Positions 38,502 through 59,699 of a stretch of 64,000 nt of DNA are shown here, piece after piece. The stretch's first letter is position 1, and the number at the start of each line of letters is the position of its first letter. The notes below the pieces were generated by a model that saw only the letters and a list, made by a program, of their open reading frames with translations, did no database searches and was not told the DNA's origin. A program made the translations under genes and the position numbers. Origin of the DNA: Antechinus flavipes (Eukaryota). Location: the NCBI RefSeq assembly GCF_016432865.1, contig NC_067402.1:217620001-217684000 (forward strand). Reading direction: 5' to 3'.

Positions 38502-41500
38502 CTAAGCAAAGATGTTGGTGATGAAATCTAGGAACCGCTTAGCATATTGATCAGGATGGACAGTCGAGATCTCTGCACCAGCCTGTGGAAAGAGAGAATT
38601 GAGAAAGAGAAGGTTGAGAGTGGATCAGGGGATGGACTGCTCATTCATCCCAAACCCCAAACCCTTCCTGATTTCCACATTCATTTCTTTAATTCCTCTC
38701 TCCCACCCATGGCCATTACAAAAGGTTCCCAAAAAACCTGAAGCTCTTCCCCTAATAACTGTTTCTGAGCCCTAGAGTAAGAATGAGAACCAGAAGAGTA
38801 TATAAATTTTATACACACACACACACATATACTACTCACCCCATGCTTGACAGTCTTTGCTGCATGAGCGGCCTTCTTCTTGGCATCATACTGGGTGAGG
38901 ATGTCAATGAGACCCATGAAATATACCTCCTTCTGAGGAGCCCCTGAAAGATGAGGAAATGTAGTAAGAAGCAAAGTATAATCCTGAAATCTACTTCCCA
39001 ATTCTATGCCCTCTCCAAAACAGTCATTATTTTATTCAATTTTTAGCCTCATCTTCACACACTTTATAGATAGGGTGGAGAGACTTCCTATTAGACTGGT
39101 TGACCTCTGAGATCTCTTCCAGTCAGCATACAGACCAATTCAGGGGTACCACTCTCCAGTAGAACCATTCTCCCCTGATTTTTCTTCCCCTTGAGAGACG
39201 GTTTCCTTTAAATTTTTTTCTAACCTCTAGGAATAACTCCAAAGCCCTTATTTTCAACATCCTACTTACCTTCAGCACTTCGGATGGCATAGACATCAAT
39301 GAAGGACTCAAATTCTCCGGGACCTAAGGGTCGGTGAGCATGGATATAGCCTCCTATTCCCTCGGGGGAGGTACCACAGGAGCCAACCAGACCAGGAGGC
39401 CCTGCCATACCACAGTCCCCCTCCCCTTCCTGTTCCTCCTCTTTTCCAGGTCCTTCTTCCTCTGATTCTGTCCCCCGAACGATGTCATGGATACCCAGTA
39501 GGAGGCTGTAGTCCATAATCTTCAGCTGTACCAGAAACTGAAGGCCCACCAATGTATCAGAGATATCAGACCACTCCTTCCCTTCCAGGATTCAACCCCC
39601 TCCACCCAACTCTGAATCTGGCTATCTCCAGGGAAAAGAGACAGAGGCTAAGAGGCAGAGGCAACCTTATATCTAATCAAATCCTTCATAATTTAGAGTT
39701 CAAAATAACTGTCCTGTTTTCACAACTCATACCTATTATCTCATTCCCCCTTCAACCAGAGATGTGAGGGATCTCCCATTAAGAATCTGGAAGTCCTTGA
39801 CTCTCTAAAATCAACCTAAAGCTAATGGACAGGGACAAAGAAGAGAGGCTCCTTTATATTAGTACTAGAAGAAACAGATGCCCTATAGAGGAATGATTCA
39901 GAGGATATCATTTTAGAATTAATCCCACCAAACCTCACCTCTACATCTCTCTTTAACTTTTCCAAAAATACTCTCTTCTCCTCCTCACCAATATAAACTT
40001 TCTGGTTCTTGTTTAGAAAGTCCATATCTTTCAGTGTGGGTAATTCTTTAACCTGAAAGGAATGGAAAGAATAATGTATTATGATAAATCTTTTCCAATG
40101 CAACCTCAGAAAACCTCTCTCCCTATTCTACTTTCTACTCCTAGTCTTGGGCTTCATCTTTTCACTCTTCTGGAAAGTTCTTCCAGATCCTTACCCCTCC
40201 TCTTGGTTTTTTTCCCCAAAGATACCATAAAGCATAAAACAAGACACAAAACTTACCAAAGCCTAAGAGTAACTTCATAGCTAATCAAATACAAGAGGCA
40301 CTGATTGATCATCTACTATATGCCTGACACTGACATGAAAATAAAATGAAAAGGAATCTTAACTTTGTAGGACTTTATATCCTAAACTTTCTGCTTTATC
40401 AATACACAATATATGTCCCTAAGGTTTTGTATTTGATGCTGATTCCACCCAATTCACTTCTGAAGCTTTTGCTAGCTCCAGAATTACATCTAATTTATTA
40501 TAGAGTCTATGGCTTCCAAGCCAGTCTCTATCCACATCTTTACTTTTCCATCTCCCTTCTCTTAACAAAAGCCTCTCTTAAACTGAGAAAAGTCATGCAA
40601 AGAAAAGAAGAATCAACACATTTATTCTTCAGGTTGAGATTTTTGCTCTCGTACCAACCCCAACATTTCCCATGTAGAGAAGTCCTATCTAGCTGAGCTC
40701 TGATGAAAAACAGCCACTTTTTAATTGGACATAAGCCTTTCCAGAAAATTCTCTTTCTTTCTACAATTTATAATCAGTGTAGTTTGAGGATCCTTTAACA
40801 AAAGACATTTTCCTTTCCTCTCTAGCAGAAATGGGATATCCTTTTCATGCCCAGACATTATCCTTAAAAAACAATGATACCTTTTCCTTGTCACTGGCTT
40901 CCCGGGATACCAAGGAGCCCTGCAAAAACAAACAAACAAACAAACAAACAAAAATCCAGAAAGAAACAGTCAAGGAGTAACTAAAGTAATGGTGAGGACA
41001 TTGCCTGTTGTGAACCTCACCACTTCACTGATACTGCCTTTTTTACAGGATGGATCTTCTAGCTCTTCTTCCAGTCCCCTTCCTGACTCTCTTTATCCTC
41101 CTCACCCCCTTACCTTGAGGTCATATTTCCTATGCACAGGGAGTCGATGGCTGAACATGTTGCGCATTACGAGCATGTAGCTGTCTTCGTTGTCAACGCT
41201 CACCCGGTACATTCCCAGGAACTGAGGGAGAAGCGTGTTGCCATGGCATTTGACTATATACTAGGATCGAAGCCCACAGATCATTGAGATGAAGATATGG
41301 GGGGAAAAAAAAAAAACAGAGAAGAACAACAGTCATATGTATCTGGGAAATACTCAGCAAAAGGAATCCAGACACTATGGTTCTAGGTTAAGGAGAGAAA
41401 AAAATCTAACCTGAAATTTGGCTGTGGTCAGAGGAAAGGGAATCATAGGGATCAAGCCTCCTAGAAATGCCCCTAATCATTCCTACTGCTCTTGAAATTC

Positions 41501-44500
41501 AATTATTTCCATTTGTTTAACACCTTTTATTTAAATGTTAACACTTATCAAACAATTCTGTAATAGAAGCCAATCAGATATATTATTCAAAAGTTACAAC
41601 TGAATAAACTGGATAAGGGATTTGCTAGATTTCTCCAGTTGATGACAGTAATATCTATAACTCAGATCTCTTAAACCGGCCTAAATATTTTAATTTAGAA
41701 CAATGAAATTCCTCAACAAATTGACTTAGGATTCACAAAGGACAAAACCTATTCTTTTGATTTTAGAATTAAGATATTTGTGCTTCCTTATAAGTAGCAC
41801 TTTTTGGATTCTTTTTTTTTTCCAGGTTTTTCATTGGTGACAAACAGAACCAAGATGGATAAAATGTTTTTGACACCTACAGAATTTGCTCTTTACGCTA
41901 ATATATATTTTGTGATGACAATACATGTTGTTGTTGAGTAATTTTTCAGTCATATCTGATTGTTCATTTGGGATTTCCTTAGCAAAGACATTGAAGTGGC
42001 TTACCATTTCCTTCTCCAGCTGATTTTACAGATAAGGAAGCCAAAGTAAAGTAAGTGATTGCTCAGGATCACACAGCTAATAAGTTTTTGAGACCAGATT
42101 TGAACTCAGGAAGATTAGTCTTCCCAACTCCAAACCTGGCACCCAATCCACAGTGCCACCTGTCTACAGTCTACACCTGTCTGCTTTTTTTTTCTTAATT
42201 GGTCATTTTAGAGGCGGAAAAGATAGGATAATCTTTTGGGGCCACAGTAAGGCAGACATTTGTGAAGAGGAATGCTGAAATGAAATTTGAAGGTCTAACC
42301 TGATGGTAGTTAGAAAGGTTGCTATGCATGTCAGCAATGTCCTCACTGGAAACCTCTTTGATGACCAGAGTCCGATCATAGGAAACAAGGAATCGACCAT
42401 CGCTGCCTTCACTCTCACTTGGGGGACTTCGGGTAAGAGAGACCTGAGAAATATAACAGGGGTCAGAGATGAAGATTACTCTTTCACTACAAAAAGAAAG
42501 TAAAATGATCAACTGAAAACACATAGCAGTAGAAGAAACACCCAGCCCCAGGGAGAGAATAGAAGATAACATATCAAATTCAGAACCAAATTTGTTTTCA
42601 AAGACCCATGCTCCCCTCCTTTCATTTGCTGGGTAAGAAAAATCAACTTCACCCCACTAGGGATACCTTACCTGGTAGTCTTGGTCATCAATACCGAATC
42701 GATCTCGAAGGTTCCTGAAGACCTGGGGACAATACTCCTTGAACTTGAAGTGACTAGGCAGGTTCTCCCTGGAGTGTGGGTTGAGGGGTGAATACTCATC
42801 TTAACAGTAGCATATGCCACAGACCAGGTAAGTTAGTCAACCTGAGATCAGCAGTGAGCCCACTGTTAACTGAGTTAATACAAGAAGGACTCTAAGTACC
42901 AGACTGATGATTTGTCATTTGCTACTGGTGGACTTGCACAAATCAAAAAAGATCACTAAATGTTTCTTCCAGGTAAATTCTTATGAGTAGATTTCTTCCA
43001 AAGCTAAAATTCTATTAGTCTAAGATTTTAACTCTTAGGACTCTCTTTTGAAATTTTAAATATTTCTGACTTATGAAAGAGGTAAAGACTCACCCTCCTC
43101 TCAACATACATAAGAGGAAAGAAGAGATATCACTTACCGATGGAAGAGGTGATTGTTGACCTTGATCTTGGAGCTTGCCTTAAAGTCATCTGGAAGCAGC
43201 ATTACAGGGGGTGGGACCTGGCTAAGCTCATTGATCTAATGAAAAATCAAACATGGAGACAGTAAGTGGCAATAAAAATGGCTTAGGATAGAGGAAAGCC
43301 AGCAAGTTAAACCTCATTCCTTAAAAAAAAAAAAAAAAAAAAAAAATTCTAAGTGTCTTAACAGAGAGAGAAAACAAAATCTGTTACTTCATACTGCTTA
43401 AAGACAAAAGTAGGCAAATTTTACTTGAACCCCTCAATAAATCCATTCCATATGATATCATGCCCATAACACATAATCATTTTATCAGGCAAACACTCTA
43501 AATTTTTCATGTTTATTTTTAAAGCTGTGAAAAATTCTAAAGAAAAAATATTCAGCAGTCTCAAGACATTGAAGGCAAATAGCTATGTGTTCTAATTTTT
43601 AAATCAGTCATTTTAGTTTGAGAGCTAAGAAGCCCTCAAGGAAAAAGCAGAAGGAAGGGAGAAAGATCTAGTAACTATAAACAATTCCTAATGACAGTGA
43701 CCACTCTACCCAGCAAACCTAGTGTCCAAAACATAGAGACAGTAAATAAAAGTACAGAGCAGGGGAAGGCTATAAATAATGAAAATACATATTTACACAT
43801 TTTTCTTCTTAGTCCTACCTGCTCTGACCTAATTCTGTGTAGAAGGGGCCCCACCCCCACTCCCTAATCTTAGAAGGTGTAAGCAAAAAAAAGAGCAACT
43901 GATTTGCAGCCAGGAAGTACAGGCTCATTAGGAGCACATTCATTAAGGACAAAGTGTTTTGCCTTCCACCCTATTATTCTTCCTTCAGCTCCAAAAAAAT
44001 ATGTTAAAATCTATGGGCACTTAGTCTACCAGATGGAGGGGATTGTGAGGGGCAACATCCTATGCGAAAGGCTCTTTAAGGGAGCAAATGACTTTGATTT
44101 GACTTTTCTGTTTCCCCTACTCTCTCCCAAGGCTAACATTTATCCCCTCCAAAACATCAACCAAGAGAATGAAGTCTAAGAGTCTAATCTGAATCCTGCA
44201 GTGGCAACTCATTTAGTTAGAAAAGGCACATACTCCTCCAGAAAAATAACTTGCCAATCCCTAAGATTAAGCCATCCCTTCCACCTGCTGTGCTAGAAGC
44301 TGAATCATCATTAAGACATATGTTCAATAAACAATTCATCTGAGCCTTGAAAGGAAAACTGAGCTGGATCTTGCACCCAGAAGGGAGCCATAGGCAGCGT
44401 GGCATGTGTTTTGTGGACTTCTTCTCCCACCCCATCAATTAAAAGAAAAATCTGTTAAAGCTTATCTTTGAATAGGCTTAGGGTATGAGGGGAGAGTAGA

Positions 44501-45643
44501 AGGGCCAAAGATAGCATAAAGAACATCTTCCCTCTTAAGTCTGAAGATCTTCCAAGATCACCACCCAAGACTGAATGCCTAGGAAACTAAAATAGACCAG
44601 AGCTGTCTAACTGGCCCAAAGTACTTTTCCAAATTATAAACCCACATAATATATGGGGTGAGACTTTAGTTTTAACATTCAGGATAAAGAAAGTGTTGAA
44701 ATCTGAAGTTCCTTCTCTCCCCAAGGCCACACAGTTAATCCAAGATTTCCAGACACACTGATTTCCTTTTGCAATCTGGCACTCCCATAGATGGGAATCT
44801 TTGAAACTAAGGAATATAGCTCGAGGAAAATTTAGTTTTCTTCCATATTTCTTACTGAAATCTTAATCCCTTTCCTATCTGTTTTACACTGTCGAGTAAG
44901 AAATGAGATTCCTCTCCTCTCCTAAAAAGAACATTCTTCATGGTTCTTCCTTTCAAAATCCATAAACATTTAATAAGATCCTATTAGAAGCCATGCACGG
45001 AGCTAAACGCTGATCCACCCCGCCCCCCAAAGTTCCATCACTGCAGCCATGGAAGCTGTTAAGAGAGTTAGGGCTAAGCTGGAAACCAGGCTGGAAAGGG
45101 AGGAGGGATTGCATCTCGGACATGCTGTACCTCCGGACACATTGAGTTAGGTGACTCATGAAGCCTGGAGCTCACCCAGACTAAGCCAGAGGCTTCGGGA
45201 TCAAGAACTGGGGCTAGAAAGCAGGAAGGAGAGGAGCTTGAATGCTCCAAGCCACCGGCCCGGCCCCTCCCCAGCCAGTCCCCGTCGCCCTCCGTCCCGG
45301 GTCCCTCCACACAGAAACCCGGGTGATCAAGACTGGGGGAAGGGGGGTGGGGGAAGGGACGCGAGGCCCCGGAGAGCCCGGAGACCGACGGCAGCAGCGC
45401 CCTCGGGAGGGGGACTCCAGGGCACAGCCCGGAAGGGGGAGGGGAAGAACGAAGGGGGCAGAGTCTCACCGAGTGGGCGACGCCCCACAGGAACACGCCC
45501 ACAAGCGGGTCGGCGGCCCGGAATACCTTCACCTTCTGCTGCACGAAATGCTTCTTCTTGGTCTTGGAGGCAAAGCCGAAACCTGGTCCGGGGCCCCCAG
45601 ACGCCGGCTGTACGGTGGCCGACGAGGCGGAGGAGGACGCCAT
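38502..45643 (-). CDS. PIP4K2C: Phosphatidylinositol 5-phosphate 4-kinase type-2 gamma, 421 aa
   Basis: Exons 45643-45470, 43235-43138, 42768-42672, 42443-42300, 41260-41114, 40919-40881, 40052-39939, 39537-39270, 38943-38840, 38582-38502 (1266 nt). Motifs [42 protein letters not shown]; ends [11 protein letters not shown]. Confidence 0.97.
40926..40949 (+). repeat. (AAAC)6 microsatellite forming the pyrimidine tract of the PIP4K2C exon 6 acceptor
   Basis: aaacaaacaaacaaacaaacaaac directly visible. Confidence 0.85.
41925..42175 (-). mobile_element. MAR1-type marsupial CORE-SINE
   Basis: gttgttgttgagt...ttcagtcat...tttgggatttccttagcaaagacattgaagtggcttaccatttccttctccagc...attttacagataaggaa...gatttgaactcaggaag matches the recalled MAR1 layout, which is marsupial-diagnostic. 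Confidence 0.75.
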
Positions 45644-46100
45644 GGCCTGACCCCTGCGAACCTGTCGGAGCCAGAGCCTAAGCTAGGAGCCGCGATGCTA
45701 GCGCCCGCCTCCGGAAGTGCTGCTCACCTGCAGCGCCGTCACGTGACGGGGGGACCGGCGGGAGGTGGGGCGGTCTCGGGATACGAAGTTGGGAATGCGC
45801 CGGCGCGGAGCCGGGGTACAGCACACCCTCTAATGACGCGAACGTGTCATCCTCTCACCTGGAGCGTGCGCGAGCGAGCGTGCGCACTGGCTGGGGAGGG
45901 GGGAGTCCAAGGGCTGCGTTTTGGGTAGCTTACTTCTCCCAACTCGTTCCGGTCTTCGTGGCGATACTGCGGGCCGCGGAGAGTCCCTTCCCTCCCTCCA
46001 TGGTTCATATCCAGCCCCTTCCCCACTTCCCCCCCTGAAAACACGTAGGCAGGCAGGAGAAAGGTTAACGTTTCCGTTTTTATTTTTAAAGATATCCGCT
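45300..46100. promoter_or_regulatory. CpG island promoter of PIP4K2C with ETS (CCGGAAGTG 45711-45719), E-box/CLEAR (45738-45747), GC box and NRF1-like motifs
   Basis: Motifs read directly from sequence 70-250 nt upstream of the ATG at 45643. Confidence 0.8.
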
Positions 46101-49100
46101 CGTAGTTTAATAGACACTGGGGTTTGTGTTGTGTTTTCTTCCACTCCGACATGCAACATTTGGCAGATGTGGGTGGGCCAGCCAGATGCTGTGACCCAGG
46201 CTTTAGGAGAGGGAGGGACAGATGACTCGAGGAGGAGGATGCAGGATGAGGCCTTCATGGAAGGATTTTTTTTTTCCTGTTGCGTGCGTGTGTACAGCGT
46301 GTGAGTGATACATTCCCAGCCCTTCTCCCACTAATCCTTTTGCACACCTTCCTCCCCCCCTCACCATGCCTTCACAACTCATCTGCTCCTTAAAAGAATA
46401 ATTAAATGGCACTATTACATAAAACATACTGGACTCGGGTCCCCTGGTAGTGAAAATTGGCATGAAATCCCTTTAGTAAAGATGTTTTTCATTTGATCTG
46501 GGACTTTACCCTCATTTTTATCAGTGTGTGATTTCTTTCAATATTACCTCTCAGGTACTTGCAGACTGTCTTATCCGATCTTAGTTCTCATTAGAGTCTG
46601 GTAAATTCTATAATCTTAAAAGGTATGGATATGGATGATCTCTTCCCCACTCCAGTTTTTTGTTTTGTTTTGTTTTGTTTTGCTTCAAAGATAGGAATTT
46701 CTGGGGGTGGGGGATATTTAGGTCTACGGAGTAACTGATAGAGGTGAGAATGTGTTTGTTTTTTTCCTTGAGAAAGATTAGTTCTAGGGATGTAGCTGTT
46801 TTGTTTGAGAAATGTTAATTCTTTCTATCCTGGATTTATGCCTTAAGATAGTTTTAGGAAGACATTTCTATCCTGTCTATAGGGCAGATATACCCATTTT
46901 CTTCCTTGGATTCCTCGCCAAGCCTCCCTTAAAAGTTGAAAGAATAGATGTTAGGCACTAAAATAGCCTCACAGATAAGATTTGCATTTACAAGTTTCTA
47001 AATTATTCTAGTGTTCCTTAAGAGAAAAGGAGAAATCCGGTTTTCTTTCTAGTCTGTGGTCTAAGTTCTCCAGTCTTGCACTTATTCACAAAACCTCTTG
47101 AACATAGGCAGAGTTGGATAGAAGAAAGAGTTAGATCAAAACCAAACCAAAATTCTAACCATTTCTTCTACCCAGTGGCTGTTGCTTTTTTGGGCTAAGG
47201 GAGGGTATAGTTGGAGCTTCTAGATATTAAGTATTGAAACTCTACTTCCTTAAAAAATTTTTTTCTCCTCCCTTCTTCCTTAAAGTGCACTCTTTGAGAA
47301 GGATTTTTGCTGAAGAAACAGAAAATAGAAATTTGGAGATTGTTGCCCCCAGCTTGGCAGGAATAAATCTAGAGAGTCATTTTTCTGACAACTAGAAAAC
47401 CCTAAACCAAGGCTGGGGCAGGGAAGAAGAGATGAGAGGACAAAGCAGCATAATATGGAACAAAGAGAAAAGGGTCCAGCTCACCTCCTCTACATCTTGA
47501 GATCAGTGTTGCAAATAAGTGCAAGAAATTTCCCTGCCTGTTTACTCCATTATGCTGGGAGAAATTCAAGACAAACAACATCAACTGCCATTTGCCTATT
47601 TGCTATCCACTACAGTTTTAAAAAAAGAACAAGCAGTTATTTGCCAGGTTCTCTGGAGAAAGGTCAAAAGAATTAAGTTCCCAGCTTCTCTATCACTACA
47701 GTGTAGCTCTGGGAATTCTAAGCAGAAACTATGAGGTGGCATGTCAAAAGGCAGAAATAAAGGAGAAGAATGATTTCAGCCACTCATGGTTTTAGTATCC
47801 AGAGAACAATAAGAAGAAAAGATAAATCTTGGAGGACAGAGGTAAATATCTGGAATCCTCAGAAGATAGGAATTCTAGCCACCCCTGCTCAATAAATCTG
47901 TGGGGGAGAAAGAGTGTTTCTGTAACTTGTTATAAAGCCAAAACATTCTTCAACTTAAGGCTTTGTTTTTGTTTTTAAATAAGCAAGGCCATGGGCCTTT
48001 AGCTTCCTTTGTTCCTTCTTTACCATTTGACCTCTTTACCAGTGACCCTGACTTAGTGATTAATACCACTCAATGTGAAAGATAAATACATGAGAGAGAA
48101 GAAATCTTCACCTTCCTCCTTACTACCCCAAACGAGTGGGGTAAACTATGCATAAAAAGTTGCTAGATACATCATTAGATACCTTCAAGAGTAAGACAGT
48201 GGGAAAAAAAGACATAGCAGCAGTTTTGATATACAGTACACAGAGATATACAGAGAACAAGAGAAAGACATCAATGACATGATACAATTGAACAACGAGG
48301 ATTGGGGAAAGGGGTTAGTAATCAGAGACCACAGGTTTGCAGCATGCTGAGAGGAGAGGCCTCAATCCCTCTTAGAAACTGGGGAAGAAAAAGAAAGCAG
48401 GATCACTCTGGAGCTCAAACAGAAAAAGCACAAGTTTTTTGATTCAAACAGGAATTGGTACATTAATTTCACAGATTTTTGGCATGATGCCAAAATATAA
48501 ATCTCAGCAATTCTCAGCTTCTTTTTCTCTCATTGCTCCTTACCTCTATTCATCCCTAAATCACCCAGTATTTTTTTAGTTCATGATTTTTACCCTGTCT
48601 TTCTAGTATTTTAGATAAAATTGGGTTTGCCGGATCTGGGTATATTTCTGGTTGATCTCTTTCTGAGAGTACTTGACCTGGCTTGCCACTCTGGCTAAAG
48701 CAAGAATGTAAGTTTTCTTGATAAAAAAAAAGTACTTCACTTTGGTCTTTTTATCTCTAGCACCTAGCACAGTACCATACATATATTGGCATGCAAAATG
48801 TTTATTGAATTTAATTGAGAGACTACCAATGTTTTCTCTGTTAATGGTCCCCAGGGATCTAAAATAATGAGCCTGAGAAAAGCCTTTTGTTAAGTTCTAA
48901 ATCTGAAGGAGGCCTTTGAGAAAAAATATAGGTGAAAAGAAAAGGACTTAGAGTTTAGAGACTTCAAGAGTTATATAGAAAACAAATAAGGACGAGGCCA
49001 TGAATCAGAAAACTCAGAAGGGACAACCTCAAAAAAGGTGAAACAGAATTTCCTGTTGTCCCACTTCTACCTCCATTCCCCATCACACAGTAAAAAGAAA

Positions 49101-49613
49101 GGCTCTCAACCAAAGCTGGAGGGAAAGACAGAAGAGGGAGTTTCCTATGGGTCATTCATTGGTAGGGAACAAAAATGAGAAGGTTAGAAAGCAAGCTGTG
49201 GGGGAAGGCTCTTTTTCTGAAGATATCTTAATTTAACATATATTGTCTATCTAAAATAATTTAAGTGTAGGATTGATATCATCTCTCAAAGCCTTTTCCA
49301 TTCTTTGAACTTTTAAATCTATTCCTGTCTTTTTAAAATTTCTCTGTATAACTTTCCTGCCCAGCTTTCATGATTCACTCTTTGGTATGTACCAGTGACC
49401 CCTAGTGGCACTGTGGCTAAGGCAGTCTCCACCTGACTAGAACATAAGTGTAGGTTAAGGGAATGAATGGCAAGGCAAGGTAGTATATGTTACATTCGAG
49501 AGAGGAAGGCAGAAATTTACCTATGCAAAGTAAATAATGTGCAGCTGGAAGAGACATGTTGAAGAAATATAGGGAAGCAAACTGAAGCTAATCTGTTAGA
49601 CACCTAAAGTTAC

Positions 49614-49650
49614 CTCAAAGTGCAGGTATGTATCAGTTCATAGGGGAGGA
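49614..49650 (-). other. KIF5A: KIF5A 3' UTR portion of exon 28, followed by a 3' UTR intron; last exon probably starts at 49115
   Basis: Donor TTTGAG|gtaact at 49614; acceptor tctgtctttccctccag| at 49115. Confidence 0.65.
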
Positions 49651-58439
<8,789 letters not shown>

Positions 58440-58789
58440 CTAAGAGAATGGGAAGTTAGGTGTCGTTACAATAAGAAGTTAGATCATTGACTGTGAGTGA
58501 CTAGTTACTTCTCAACTAGTGGCTTCCCAACGTGGGAAGGAAAGAGTTAAATCTCAGGGTTATTGCATTAGTAGGTAAAAGTGAATGACCTCATTGCACC
58601 TCTTATGGACATCAGCAGCTCAGAAAGTGGGAAGTCAGATACCAGTGATCCTCTAGTCTAAGTTGCCTTAGTGGCTTGCTGACCTAACGAGGTAGAGGTC
58701 CAAGTCTCAGGGCTATTAACCTAATAGACTAAGGGAATATTATAGACTTTAGAAGGGCATTTTACAAAGCAGAGAGATATTAGTGGATG

Positions 58790-59105
58790 GAATGATGTGG
58801 TCTAAATGATATATAATATAGTTGGGTAAATATGGTTGCATGAATAAACTTAAAGATATGATTCATGAATCAATCAGAAGGGAAGGTCTGTCATGTAATA
58901 CCCCAAGCTTTGTTTTGTTCAACATGTTGACCAATAATTTGGATAAATGTATAGATGATGCCAAGTTTTAAAGATGATAAGGCAGGAAGGAAATGCAAAC
59001 TCACTGGATGGCAGAACTAGGAATCAGAAAAGCCTTTATGTATAATAAGTCAAATCTCATAAGAAGAAATTGTATGAGATGAATATAAAGTCCTACATTT
59101 CTGTG
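58790..59105 (+). mobile_element. L3/CR1 LINE reverse-transcriptase remnant
   Basis: gtaataccccaagctttgttttgttcaacatgttgaccaataatttggataaa...gatgccaagt...gcaaactcactggatggcagaactaggaatcag...taaagtcctacattt resembles the CR1 RT segment [21 protein letters not shown]...FADDTKL...KVLHL. Confidence 0.65.
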
Positions 59106-59699
59106 GTAGCAGCAGTAACAACTAAAGCCTTTCTACGTAACTGAGGCCAGTTTCTCCTAAGGCTTTGCTACATTGACTAGATTAATTTTTCTCTAAAAGG
59201 TAGGGAAGCAGTTCCTGAGAAGTGATTAATTCAGGGGACTAAAGCATGAACCTTCCTAGGCATATGAGGCATTAAATAGGCATCCCATAAATGCCCTTTA
59301 GACTTAATGGATGTTCTGTTGTTCTGCCAGTTAAAATACCTTTGTGATTAGAGATGTTTCCATATAGAGACAAAGAGATCTTGGTCTACCTAAGCCAGTA
59401 CGATATCTTTTCCATGTTTTGGTTAGATAAAACTCCTTTTGTTCAACCTTGAACCATCAGACTTGCCTGAGTCAGGCCTATTCCACAATAATGGTTAGTA
59501 AGAGTGTTAGTGCATCAGGATAAACTTGTTATCAATATGGGAAAAGAGTATGGCGAGGAAGAACCACTTTGATTAAAAGATGACTCAATATAGCAACATG
59601 GTACCCTATGACTATCATAGCATTGTTAAAGGGAATAAGAACAAGAAGTGTGTTAAATTCTTTTAAAAGCAAAGCTGTAACAAGAGAATGAGAGCAAAC

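Noticed and set aside
45151-46304. 228-aa, 176-aa and other ORFs over the PIP4K2C promoter
   Set aside because: Antisense or off-frame shadows of the CpG island and exon 1.
48801-48806. AATAAA on the minus strand as the KIF5A poly(A) signal
   Set aside because: It sits in an L2 tail remnant and UTR-like sequence continues beyond it; I cannot assign the KIF5A 3' end from sequence alone.
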